NCBI GenBank assembly: GCA_964016885.1
Contig: CAXHJY010000507.1
Span: 1 to 22,256 of the forward strand
Direction of reading: 5' to 3'
DNA: 22,256 nt
Origin: Eledone cirrhosa
Taxonomy: Eukaryota
A program made the translations under genes and the position numbers. How positions within the stretch are numbered: the first letter of the stretch is position 1; each line of letters starts with the position of its first letter. Below the pieces are notes generated by a model that saw nothing but the letters and a program-made list of their open reading frames with translations, was not told the DNA's origin and ran no database searches. This document shows positions 10,345 to 20,700 of this stretch, one piece after another.

Positions 10345-11070
10345 TTTCTGTGGCGAGGACGCCAGTCCATCGCAGGGTTAAAGTCTGTCTGAAGTCTGGC
10401 GGCTCGGCTGGACAACGCTTATCCTAGGGTCCGTGACGTGAAGCGACTGAGAGTACAAGATACACCCCTCCATCGCAGGGTTAAAGTCTGTCTGAAGTCT
10501 GGCGGCTCGGCTGGACAACGCTTATCCTAGGGTCCGTGACGTGAAGCGACTGAGAGTACAAGATACACCCCTGGATAGGACGACAGTCCATCGCAGGGTT
10601 AAAGTCTGTCTGAAGTCTGGCGGCTCATCTGACCAACGCTTATTCTAGGGTCCGTGACGTGAAACGACGGAGAGTACAAGATACACCCCTGGATAGGACG
10701 ACAGTCCATCGCAGGGTTAAAGTCTGTCTGAAGTCTGGCGGCTCATCTGGCCAACGCTTATCCTAGGGTCCGTGACGTGAAGCGACTGAGAGTACAGATA
10801 CACCCCTGGATAGGACGACAGTCCATCGCAGGGTTAAAGTCTGTCTGAAGTCTGGCGGCTCATCTGACCAACGCTTATCCTAGGGTCCGCTTATCCTAGC
10901 GACTGAGAGTACAAGATACACCCCTGGATAGGACGCCAATCCATCGCAGGGTTAAACCCCCAGCTACTGTTGCTGGTACACATTTTCATCTAAGTATACT
11001 GGAGCAACGTGAAATGAAGTGTCTTTGCCCAACAACACAACACACAACCCAATCCAGGAATTGAACCATG
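10345..11070 (-). mobile_element. SINE with a V-domain-like core, its 3' part tandemly amplified
   Basis: The minus strand has the B-box-like GGTTCAATTCC (~11057-11067), then TTGGGCAAAGACACTT, then CCCTGCGATGGA(C/T)TG(G/T)CGTCCTATCCAGGGGTGTA, which resembles the V-SINE domain as recalled. Confidence 0.7.
10360..10956. repeat. 118-bp tandem repeat x5 derived from the SINE 3' region
   Basis: CCATCGCAGGGTTAAA at 10367, 10470, 10588, 10706, 10823 and 10941 (spacings 103, 118, 118, 117, 118). Confidence 0.95.
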
Positions 11071-11100
11071 TGATGATAATAACGTCCATGATTATTTAGA

Positions 11101-11290
11101 AGGGCGGTGGATTGGCAGTATCGGTGGAAGGTTGGACGCCATGCTTTCCAGCATAGTTACGTCCCTTTACGATCTGAGTTCAATTCCCGCCGAGGTTAAC
11201 TTTGCCTTTCATCCTTACGGGGTCGATAAAATAAAGTACCAGTAATGTACTGGGGTAATTGCTGGCCTTGTGCCAAAAGTAGAAACAATT
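11101..11290 (+). mobile_element. Near full-length tRNA-derived SINE with a 12-bp flanking direct repeat
   Basis: A-box-like TGGCAGTATCGG (11113-11124) and B-box-like GAGTTCAATTCCC (11176-11188). ATTATTTAGAAG at 11091-11102 and 11288-11299 is a candidate TSD. Confidence 0.88.
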
Positions 11291-11640
11291 ATTTAGAAGA
11301 CAACAAATGACAACATCCCAAATACGAATCAAGAACAGTCGGGGTTGGGGGTGATAGATGTAGGGAGGGACCTCTATGAGGTAAACCTACTGGAAATAAC
11401 AGCCACATTTTTCTCAAACCACACCACACTGTCTTAAAAGAAAGACACATTAGATAATGCAGTCCGCGATATACTACTACACCTTCGAAAGACGGGGTAG
11501 AGGTGGGGTGGGGTGTCATGGATCTGCTCAACAACAACAGCAACAACAGCAGCAGCAGCAGCAGCAATGAAGATAAAGATAACTTAAACATCCAACACGA
11601 TCCATAACATAAGACAAAGTATGACTCAGTATGTTGCTGT

Positions 11641-11854
11641 TACTACTACTACTACTACCACTACTACCAACTTCGCCACCACCACCACTACTACTACTAC
11701 TACTACCACCACCACCACCACTACTACCACCACCACCACCACCACCACCACCACCACCACTACTACTACTACTAGTACTACTACTACTACCACCACCACC
11801 ACCACCACTACTACTACCACTACTACTACCACCACCACCACCACCACTACCACC

Positions 11855-11888
<34 letters not shown>

Positions 11889-11958
11889 TTACTACTACTA
11901 CCACTACTACTACTACCACCACCACCACCACCACCACCACTACTACTACTACTAGTAC

Positions 11959-11994
<36 letters not shown>

Positions 11995-12104
11995 CACCAC
12001 CACTACCACCACTACCACCAGTACTACTACTACTACCACCACCACCACTACTACTATTACTACTACTACCACTACTACTAGCACCACCACCACCACCATC
12101 ACCG

Positions 12105-12144
<40 letters not shown>

Positions 12145-12267
12145 CGCCACCACCACCACTATTACCACCACCACCACCATCACCGCCACCATTACTACTA
12201 CTACTACTACCCCACCACCACTACTACTACTATCACCACCACCACCACCACCGCCACTACCACCACC

Positions 12268-12300
<33 letters not shown>
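11641..12300. repeat. Mixed (CTA)n/(CCA)n trinucleotide microsatellite
   Basis: Directly visible; source of the poly-T/P/L/V ORFs. Confidence 0.97.
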
Positions 12301-12564
12301 GCCATCCATCAAAGGCGGGAAAATATAGAAATGACCTGAATAATGAGATAACAAGGAGCCACACAATAAACGACGTTTCATTAAAAGTACGTCTCTACAT
12401 TACATTTACTTTGTGTCGTCTGTTGTTTTTAGAAGCCCCCCCCCCCACCCCCACCCCTCTCTCTCCTTTCTCAGATTAATCTCCCAACACTAATTATAAA
12501 AGCTTGAGAACAAAAATTCAAGATGTCCCCCTCTCACCCTCGGAACTCTTTTCCTGCCCACTTT

Positions 12565-12600
12565 TCTCCTGATGAAGCGCTCATGCCCGAAACGTCGTCC
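12565..12600 (+). ncRNA. Degenerate minimal hammerhead core
   Basis: CTGATGA AGCGC TCAT GCCC GAAA CG TC. Both core boxes and a GUC triplet are present, stem II is mismatched, and the 3' strand of stem I is lost. Confidence 0.45.
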
Positions 12601-12692
12601 CCCAGCCCCCACTCTCAAGCGTGAAACTAATATTAACATTTTCTACTGCCTCTTCGCTTCCACGATGTTGTTTTTTTTTGTTTACAGTTTCA

Positions 12693-12732
<40 letters not shown>

Positions 12733-12806
12733 AAGGATGTGTGGTAAGGAACCAGATGGACCATAACGCACCATAGTACTCAATACTTAGGGTAGTAGAG
12801 TGGGTA

Positions 12807-12941
12807 ATAGGAAAAGGTTTAAACCCGACGGCAGAGCTTAAGCCGTTTCGACGGCTATTTCTGTCCAGAAATAGCCGAACAGTCCAGAAATAACCGTCGA
12901 AACGGTTTGAGCTCTGCCGTCGGGGTTAAACTTTTTCCTAT
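12807..12941. repeat. Imperfect palindrome with 57-bp arms (52/57) and a small internal duplication
   Basis: 12807-12863 versus the reverse complement of 12885-12941. GTCCAGAAATA(G/A)CCG is duplicated at 12863-12877 and 12882-12896. Confidence 0.92.
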
Positions 12942-13529
12942 ATATATATATATATGTAGGAGGTGAGTTTTATTGTAGCACAATAAAGCAATGCAAATAT
13001 CGGATAAGTAGCACTCTACATGCGCATAATAAAATACTTGGAACTCTTTTAACCATCTTTTGATCTTATATTATATTATATATATATATATATATAGTAA
13101 TAAGAATATTTATATTTATATATGTTTAATACAATTATAAATATGGAGGGTAGTTCTCAATACTAGATGGTATGACAAAAGGCTCAATGCAAATTTTCTA
13201 GTGTTTTACAGAGCCGAGATACAAAGTGTTAAAACACTTTGTGTATATATAATTAATTTTGCTTTGATTCTGTTTTAATGTGATTCTGATTTTGAATTTA
13301 AATTGCCATTCAGAAATAATATAATATATGTCACCCCACTGTAGATCAATATATACATATGTATCTGTATGTCTCTTGCGTTGGAAAGGAGGTCATGTAA
13401 GTGTACAAACATTGAAAAATGCTCCGAAGATCCCAAGCCTCGGTTTGGATGAAACAATTGTAAGCGAATAAATGCTTTGAACATAGTTTTGATTCCTGTG
13501 AATTCTCTCTCTCTATATAACGAAGGCAG

Positions 13530-13602
13530 TGGACCATAACGCACCAGAGTACTCAATACTTAGGGTAGTAGAGTGGCTAATAGGAAAATAACATTTTCCT
13601 AT
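13530..13602 (+). repeat. Second copy of 12757-12815 with a collapsed palindrome
   Basis: 59 bp with 2 mismatches. It ends ATAGGAAAA TAACA TTTTCCTAT, followed by (TA)n. Confidence 0.9.
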
Positions 13603-13649
<47 letters not shown>

Positions 13650-13731
13650 AAAGTTTTATTTAAAATTGTTGGGTTACAACAAGTAAATATTTTATAACCG
13701 ATATAAAGCACTCGACAAGTTTTTGGAGTAG

Positions 13732-14108
13732 ATATACGATATTAAACAAATGGAAACTATATTTATAAAACCATATTTATTTCATTATACATATTTCAGG
13801 GATACCATATTAAAAATATGGCATGCCTTCGTCAGATAAAATACAATATATAAACTGTTTTATAAATAATTTTGACGTACCATAAATATAAGCGACCATT
13901 AAGGTAGGAAGCTGGCTTGGTAGTACCAAGCCAGCTTCCTACCTTAATGGTCGCTTATATTTATGGTACGTCAAAATTATTTATAAAACAGTTTATATAT
14001 TGTATTTTATCTGACGAAGGCATGCCATATTTTTAATATGGTATCCCTGAAATATGTATAATGAAATAAATATGGTTTTATAAATATAGTTTCCATTTGT
14101 TTAATATC

Positions 14109-14114
<6 letters not shown>
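13732..14114. repeat. Palindrome with 191-bp arms and a single unpaired central G (13923)
   Basis: The centre is GCTGGCTTGGTA-G-TACCAAGCCAGC. Arm-end coordinates are symmetric and I saw no mismatch by eye. Confidence 0.95.
14005..14062 (+). ncRNA. Hammerhead-like motif in the palindrome arm (mirror copy on the - strand at 13784-13841)
   Basis: CTGACGA AGG-C-ATGCCATATT TTT AATATGGTAT-C-CCT GAAA TATG TA. Stem II is strong and stem I is weak and AT-only. AATAAA follows at 14065-14070, then (TA)n. Confidence 0.65.
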
Positions 14115-14180
<66 letters not shown>

Positions 14181-14189
14181 AGAAAGAGA

Positions 14190-14384
14190 GAATAACAAAA
14201 ACAACAAAAGTAATACTACAAAAACATTACAAAAAACATCACAGAAACGCCTCAATAAACATCTCAAAACCACTCCAAAAAACACCGCAAAAACATCACC
14301 AAAAATACCGCAAAACACCACAAAAGCGCAAAAAAAACCCATTACAAATACATCACAAAAACACTGCAAAAACATTACAAATCA
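14190..14384. repeat. Degenerate CAAAA-rich ~11-12-bp repeat
   Basis: Recurrent AAAACA(T/C)(T/C)(A/G)C units. Confidence 0.7.
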
Positions 14385-14915
14385 CTTAACGTGTCCACAA
14401 GAGTGTCAGCTGCAAAACTTGGCTACATGTGGCTCTACCACAGCTGAACACATTGCTGTCCTTTCTCATTAAACTCTGCCAAGTTCAATGCTATGTAGGG
14501 GTGTTCCAGCAGGGGCCATATCAGGAGGTGCTCCGTAGCCTGCGGTTCGATGCCACAGTCACACAACGTCCCCATCCTTTAAATATCCACATGTCCAGTA
14601 GGGGCCATATCAGGAGGTGCTCCGTAGTCTCTGCTTCGATCACCAGTCACACACAATACCCCCATCCTTTAACTATCCCCATGTCCAGCAGGGGCCATAT
14701 CAGGCGGTGCTCCGTAGTCTCTGCTTCGATACCGCAGTCACACACAACGTCCTGATTTTGCATGATTGACTTTTGCAGGTCCAACACCAGATCTTAGTCT
14801 GTTGAGGCATTTCCACACTGCCTAGTTTGTATCTGCTCGATGAAGAGGGGGGGGGGGGCAGTGCCTCGCTCGCCTTTAAATCCATTGGGGTCAAGATAGG
14901 AGGGTCCACCCCGCA
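14385..14915 (-). mobile_element. Decayed 3' end of an Ingi/Vingi-like LINE with a triplicated zinc-knuckle segment
   Basis: Manual translation: MDLKASEALPP / ADTN*AVWKCLNRLRSGVGPAKVN / GYLKDGTLCDCGIEPQATEHLLIWPLLEHPYIALNLAEFNEKGQQCVQLW*SHM* (stop at 14423-14425). This matches the recalled Vingi pattern ExLPPG..WxxWKxLNRLRxGVG..WGY..CxCG..QTxxHLLxCP. A short 3' UTR contains GGACACG. Confidence 0.8.
14505..14752. repeat. 89-90-bp tandem repeat x~2.8 within the Vingi-like fragment
   Basis: TCCAG(C/T)AGGGGCCATATCAGG at 14505, 14594 and 14684. Confidence 0.93.
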
Positions 14916-15112
14916 GCCCTGGGAGTATTGATGAGATCCACAAAATCAACTAGATTGACAAGATACTGCTAATCCTACCCCCCCCCCCCACCAAGTAACA
15001 GTTATAAGCTACAAAAATACTACAAAAAAATCCCCCCCCCCCCCCCAAAAAAAAACCACCGCAAAAACATGGTAGATGTTGGTTACAGAGAATAACAAGG
15101 TATAGTATAAAC

Positions 15113-16725
15113 CAGGGGCGTGCAACAGGCGGCCCGTGGGCCACAATCCGGCCCGCCAGACCAGTCAGAGTGGCCCGCGATGACCGTTTTTAATTTTTAC
15201 CTTGTAGGTTTATTTAGAATTTTTTTCATAACCGTGATACAATTTTCTGTTAGTTGACCCATACTAAAGGGCTTCACTGATAGGGTTATGTGTGTTATAA
15301 TTTCCCAGTTCCATGTTATGGAAAGAAGTTGGGAATATTTGGAATAATGCTTAATAAATATTAATGGCCCTAAGAGTTGTTCTGATAGGGTTATGTGTGT
15401 TATAATTTCCCAGTTCCATGTTATGGAAAGAAGTTGTGGTGAATCTTTGGAATAGTGCTTAATAAATATTACTGGCCCTAATAGTTGTTCTGATAGGGTT
15501 GTGTGTGTTATAATTTCCCAGTTCCATGTTATGGAAAGAAGTTGTGGTGAATCTTTGGAATAGTGCTTAATAAATATTAATGGCCCTAATAGTTGTTCTG
15601 ATAGGGTTGTGTGTGTTATAATTTCCCAGTTCCATGTTATGGAAAGAAGTTGTGGTGAATCTTTGGAATAGTGCTTAATAAATATTAATGGCCCTAATAG
15701 TTTGTTCTGATAGGGTTGTGTGTGTTATAATTTCCCAGTTCCATGTTATGGAAAGAAGTTGTGGTGAATCTTTGGTATAGTACTTAATAAATATTAATGG
15801 CCCCAATAGTTGTTCTGATAGGGTTGTGTGTGTTATAATTTCCCAGTTCCATGTTATGGAAAGAAGTTGTGGTGAATCTTTGGAATAGTACTTAATAAAT
15901 ATTACTGGCCCTAATAGTTGTTCTGATAGGGTTATGTGTGTTATAATTTCCCAGTTCCATGTTATGGAAAGAAGTTGTGGTGAATCTTTGGAATAGTGCT
16001 TAATAAATATTACTGGCCCTAATAGTTGTTCTGATAGGGTTACGTGTGTTATAATTTCCCAGTTCCATGTTATGGAAAGAAGTTGTGGTGAACCTTTGGA
16101 ATAGTACTTAATAAATATTAATGGCCCTAATAGTTGTTCTGATAGGGTTGTGTGTGTTATAATTTCCCAGTTCCATGTTATGGAAAGAAGTTGTGGTGAA
16201 TCTTTGGAATAGTACTTAATAAATATTACTGGCCCTAATAGTTGTTCTGATAGGGTTGTGTGTGTTATACTTTCCCAGTTCCATGTTATGGAAAGAAGTT
16301 GTGGTGTATCTTTGGAATAGTGCTTAATAAATATTAATGGCCCTAATAGTTGTTCTGATAGGGTTGTGTGTGTTATAATTTCCCAGTTCCATGTTATGGA
16401 AAGAAGTTGTGGTGAATCTTTGGAATAGTGCTTAATAAATATTACTGGCCCTAATAGTTGTTCTGATAGGGTTGTGTGTGTTATAATTTCCCAGTTCCAT
16501 GTTATGGAAAGAAGTTGTGGTGAATCTTTGGAATAGTGCTTAATAAATATTACTGGCCCTAATAGTTGTTCTGATAGGGTTGTGTGTGTTATAATTTCCC
16601 AGTTCCATGTTATGGAAAGAAGTTGTGGTGAATCTTTGGAATAGTACTTAATAAATATTAATGGCCCTAATAGTTGTTCCAATGTTCAAAAGTGGCCCAC
16701 CAATGGAATATGTTGCACACCCCTG
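15113..16725. mobile_element. hAT-superfamily (Charlie/Buster-like) non-autonomous element enclosing a satellite
   Basis: TIRs CAGGGGCGTGCAACA / TGTTGCACACCCCTG (14/15). Perfect 8-bp TSD GTATAAAC at 15105-15112 and 16726-16733. Subterminal GGCCCG motifs. Confidence 0.92.
15277..16679. repeat. 108-bp tandem repeat x~13
   Basis: CTGATAGGGTT at 15277, 15382, 15490, 15598 and onwards; 36-aa periodicity in the spurious ORF. Confidence 0.97.
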
Positions 16726-16824
16726 GTATAAACCATAATTCCTAAGCCGTACTAAAGAGACATTTTCACTTCATTAACAAGCAGCGATTATACTCATTTG
16801 TATATTGACTTCTATCGTATAACC

Positions 16825-16913
16825 CAGGGGTGGACAATATATTCCATTGGCGGGCTACTTTTGAACATTGGAAACACTACAAGGTAAAAATTAAAAACGG
16901 TCATCGCGGGTCA
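16825..16913 (-). mobile_element. Truncated, inverted second copy of the hAT MITE without the satellite
   Basis: The reverse complement joins 15171-15207-like sequence directly to 16677-16725-like sequence. Confidence 0.88.
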
Positions 16914-17112
16914 TTAGGGGGATGGGAGGGGAGATAGGGTTAAAGGGTGAGGTAGAAGGAGGAGAGGGAGATAGGGTTAAAGAGGGAGGAGGAGGGCCCC
17001 TTTTTTTGATGGCTCATGAGTGGTCTGTTTATTATTGTTTCCCAAACATTGGAAAGTTTTGTGAGGAAAATAAGATTAACTGATAGTTGGATGGAGGGGG
17101 CTGGACTTAGTT

Positions 17113-17119
17113 CTCCCTC

Positions 17120-17164
<45 letters not shown>

Positions 17165-17697
17165 TCCTTCTCTCTCCCTCTCTCTCTTTCTCCCCTTCTC
17201 CCCCCTCTCTCTAGACTCTCTCTCTATCTCTGTCTGTCATGTGTTGCTTATAGTTCTGTCTGCCTATCTGCCTATGTGTCTGTCTGTCTGTCACTCTCTC
17301 TCTCATTCTCTCCCTACACTCTCTCTATCTCTCTCTGTCATTTGTTGCTTATAGTTCTGTCTGTTTGTCTGCAACCTCTCTCTCTCTCTTTCTTTCTCCC
17401 GCTCTCTCTGCCCCTCCCTACACACACATACATCCTCTCATTCTCTCTCTCCCTCTCCCTCCCTACATCCTCTCATTATCTCTGTCTCTCTCCCTCTCTC
17501 TCCCTTCACACACACTTACCCTCTCTTTCTCTCTCTCTCTCTTCACATACACACACATATACACCCTCTCATTCTCTCTCTCTCTTCACATACACACACA
17601 TATACACCCTCTCTTTCTCTCTCTCTCTCTCTTCACACACACCCTCTCATTCTCCCTCCCTACACACGCATATAACCTCTCATTCTCTCTGTCTCTC
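17113..17697. repeat. (CT)n/(CA)n-rich low-complexity region with short internal duplications
   Basis: Directly visible; TGTTGCTTATAGTTCTGTCTG and TCTTCACATACACACACATATACACCCTCTC each occur twice. Confidence 0.9.
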
Positions 17698-17775
17698 GTT
17701 TGTTGTGAGAGACATATCGAAATGTTTACATGAATATGAAATTATGCGGGTGACTGATAAGGGAATGAAATATCT

Positions 17776-20700
17776 TCTTAGATGAGGTAGCCAAGCTTCT
17801 CGGAATAATGTGACTATGTCGTCTGCGCCATTTGTCTTTGTGGCGTTCAAATGAAACTGTCTGCCTTTCTTAGATGAAGTAGCCAAGCTTCTCGGAATAA
17901 TGTGGCTATGTCGTCTGAGCCAAGTTGTCTTTGTGGCGTTCAAATGAAACTGTCTGCCTTTCTTAGATGAGGTAGCCAAGCTTCTCGGAATAATGTGGCT
18001 ATGTCGTCTGAGCCAAGTTGTCTTTGTGGCGTTGATATGAAACTGTTTGCCTTTCTTAGATGAAGTAGCCAAGCTTCTCGGAATAATGTGGCTATGTCGT
18101 CTGAGCCAAGTTGTCTTTGTGGCGTTCAAATGAAACTGTCTGCCTTTCTTAGATGAGGTAGCCAAGATTCTCGGAATAATGTGGCTATGTCGTCTGAGCC
18201 AAGTTGTCTTTGTGGCGTTCAAATGAAACTGTCTGCCTTCCTTAGATGAGGTAGCCAAGCTTCTCGGAATAATGTGGCTATGTCGTCTGAGCCTAGTTGT
18301 CTTTGTGGCGTTCAAGTGAAACTGTCTGCCTTTCTTAGATGAGGTAGCCAAGCTTCTCGGAATAATGTGACTATGTCGTCTGAGCCAAGTTGTCTTTGTG
18401 GCGTTCAAATGAAACTGTCTGCCTTTCTTAGATGAGGTAGCCAAGCTTCTCGGAATAATGTGGCTATGTCGTCTGAGCCACTTGTCTTTGTGGCGTTCAA
18501 ATGAAACTGTCTGCCTTTCTTAGATGAGGTAACCAAGCTTCTCGGAATAATGTGGCTATGTCGTCTGAGCCACTTGTCTTTGTGGCGTTCAAATGAAACT
18601 GTCTGCCTTTCTTAGATGAAGTAGCCAAGCTTCTCGGAATAATGTGGCTATGTCGTCTGAGCCAAGTTGTCTTTGTGGCGTTCAAATGAAACTGTCTGCC
18701 TTTCTTAGATGAGGTAGCCAAGCTTCTCGGAATAATGTGACTATATCGTCTGAGCCACTTGTCTTTGTGGCGTTGATATGAAACTGTCTGCCTTTCTTAG
18801 ATGAAGTAGCCAAGATTCTCGGAATAATGTGGGTATGTCGTCTGAGCCAAGTTGTCTTTGTAGCGTTCAAATGAGCCTGTCTGCCTTTCTTAGATGAGGT
18901 AGCCAAGCTTCTCGGAATAATGTGGCTATGTCGTCTGAGCCAAGTTGTCTTTGTGGCGTTCAAATGAGCCTGTCTGCCTTTCTTAGATGAGGTAGCCAAG
19001 CTTCTCGGAATAATGTGGCTATGTCGTCTGAGCCAAGTTGTCTTTGTGGCGTTCAAATGAGCCTGTCTGCCTTTCTTAGATGAGGTAGCCAAGCTTCTCG
19101 TAATAATGTGGCTATGTCGTCTGAGCCACTTGTCTTTGTGGCGTTCAAATGAAACTGTCTGCCTTTCTTAGATGAAGTAGCCAAGCTTCTCGGAATAATG
19201 TGAGGGGGATGTCGTCTGAGCCAAGTTGTCTTTGTGGCGTTCAAATGAAACTGTCTGCCTTTCTTAGATGAAGTAGCCAAGCTTCTCGGAATAATGTGGC
19301 TATGTCGTCTGAGCCAAGTTGTCTTTGTGGCGTTCAAATGAAACTGTCTGCCTTTCTTAGATGAGGTAGCCAAGCTTCTCGGAATAATGTGGCTATGTCG
19401 TCTGAGCCAAGTTGTCTTTGTGGCGTTCAAATGAAACTGTCTGCCTTTCTTAGATGAGGTAGCCAAGATTCTCGGAATAATGTGGCTATGTCGTCTGAGC
19501 CAAGTTGACTTTGTGGCGTTCAAATTAAACTGTCTGCCTTTCTTAGATGAGGTAGCCAAGATTCTCGGAATAATGTGGCTATGTCGTCTGAGCCAAGTTG
19601 TCTTTGTGGCGTTCAAATGAAACTGTCTGCCTTTCTTAGATGAGGTAGCCAAGCTTCTCGGAATAATGTGGCTATGTCGTCTGAGCCAAGTTGTCTTTGT
19701 GGCGTTCAAATGAAACTGTCTGCCTTTCTTAGATGAGGTAGCCAAGATTCTCGGAATAATGTGGCTATGTCGTCTGAGCCAAGTTGTCTTTGTGGCGTTC
19801 AAATGAAACTGTCTACCTTTCTTAGATGAGGTAGCCAAGATTCTCGGAATAATGTGACTATGTCGTCTGAGCCAAGTTGTCTTTGTGGCGTTCAAATGAA
19901 ACTGTCTGCCTTTCTTAGATGAGGTAGCCAAGATTCTCGGAATAATGTGGCTATGTCGTCTGAGCCAAGTTGTCTTTGTGGCGTTCAAATGAAACTGTCT
20001 GCCTTTCTTAGATGAGGTAGCCAAGTTTCTCGGAATAATGTGGCTATGTCGTCTGAGCCAAGTTGTCTTTGTGGCGTTCAAATTAAACTGTCTGCCTTTC
20101 TTAGATGAGGTAGCCAAGATTCTCGGAATAATGTGACTATGTCGTCTGAGCCACTTGTCTTTGTGGCGTTCAAATGAAACTGTCTGCCTTTCTTAGATGA
20201 GGTAGCCAAGCTTCTCGGAATAATGTGACTATGTCGTCTGAGCCAAGTTGTCTTTGTGGCGTTCAAATGAAACTGTCTGCCTTTCTTAGATGAAGTAGCC
20301 AAGATTCTCGGAATAATGTGAGGGGGATGTCGTCTGAGCCATTTGTCTTTGTGGCGTTCAAATGAAACTGTCTGCCTTTCTTAGATGAGGTAGCCAAGCT
20401 TCTCGGAATAATGTGACTATGTCGTCTGAGCCACTTGTCTTTGTGGCGTTCAAATGAAACTGTCTGCCTTTCTTAGATGAGGTAGCCAAGCTTCTCGGAA
20501 TAATGTGACTATGTCGTCTGAGCCAAGTTGTCTTTGTGGCGTTCAAATTAAACTGTCTGCCTTTCTTAGATGAGGTAGCCAAGATTCTCGGAATAATGTG
20601 GCTATGTCGTCTGAGCCAAGTTGTCTTTGTGGCGTTCAAATGAAACTGTCTGCCTTTCTTAGATGAGGTAGCCAAGCTTCTCGGAATAATGTGACTATGT

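Noticed and set aside
11360-11470. Possible fragment of another octopus SINE
   Set aside because: Only a vague recalled resemblance; no second copy or promoter boxes in the window to support it.
11621-12479. Mucin-like poly-Thr or poly-Pro/Leu ORFs
   Set aside because: Pure trinucleotide microsatellite, open in several frames on both strands.
13395-13450. Weak PLE C-terminal-like peptide (IEKCSEDPKPRF)
   Set aside because: Too short and needs a frameshift; cannot be separated from chance.
14544-14554. tRNA/SINE B-box GGTTCGATGCC
   Set aside because: No A-box or cloverleaf; explained as the antisense of the GIEP codons of the Vingi-like fragment.
15675-16682. 335-aa ORF with 36-aa repeats
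   Set aside because: Arises from a stop-free frame of a 108-bp unit; no ATG start, broken by an indel, and lies inside a MITE.
16917-16998. G-rich duplicated GGAGGGGAGATAGGGTTAAAG, possibly telomere-like or G-quadruplex
   Set aside because: Only two copies and not tandem TTAGGG; nothing beyond composition.
17705-17785. LRR-like peptide RDISKC...VTDKGMKYLL
   Set aside because: Wrong spacing between Cys and VTD, an immediate stop, and no clear splice sites.
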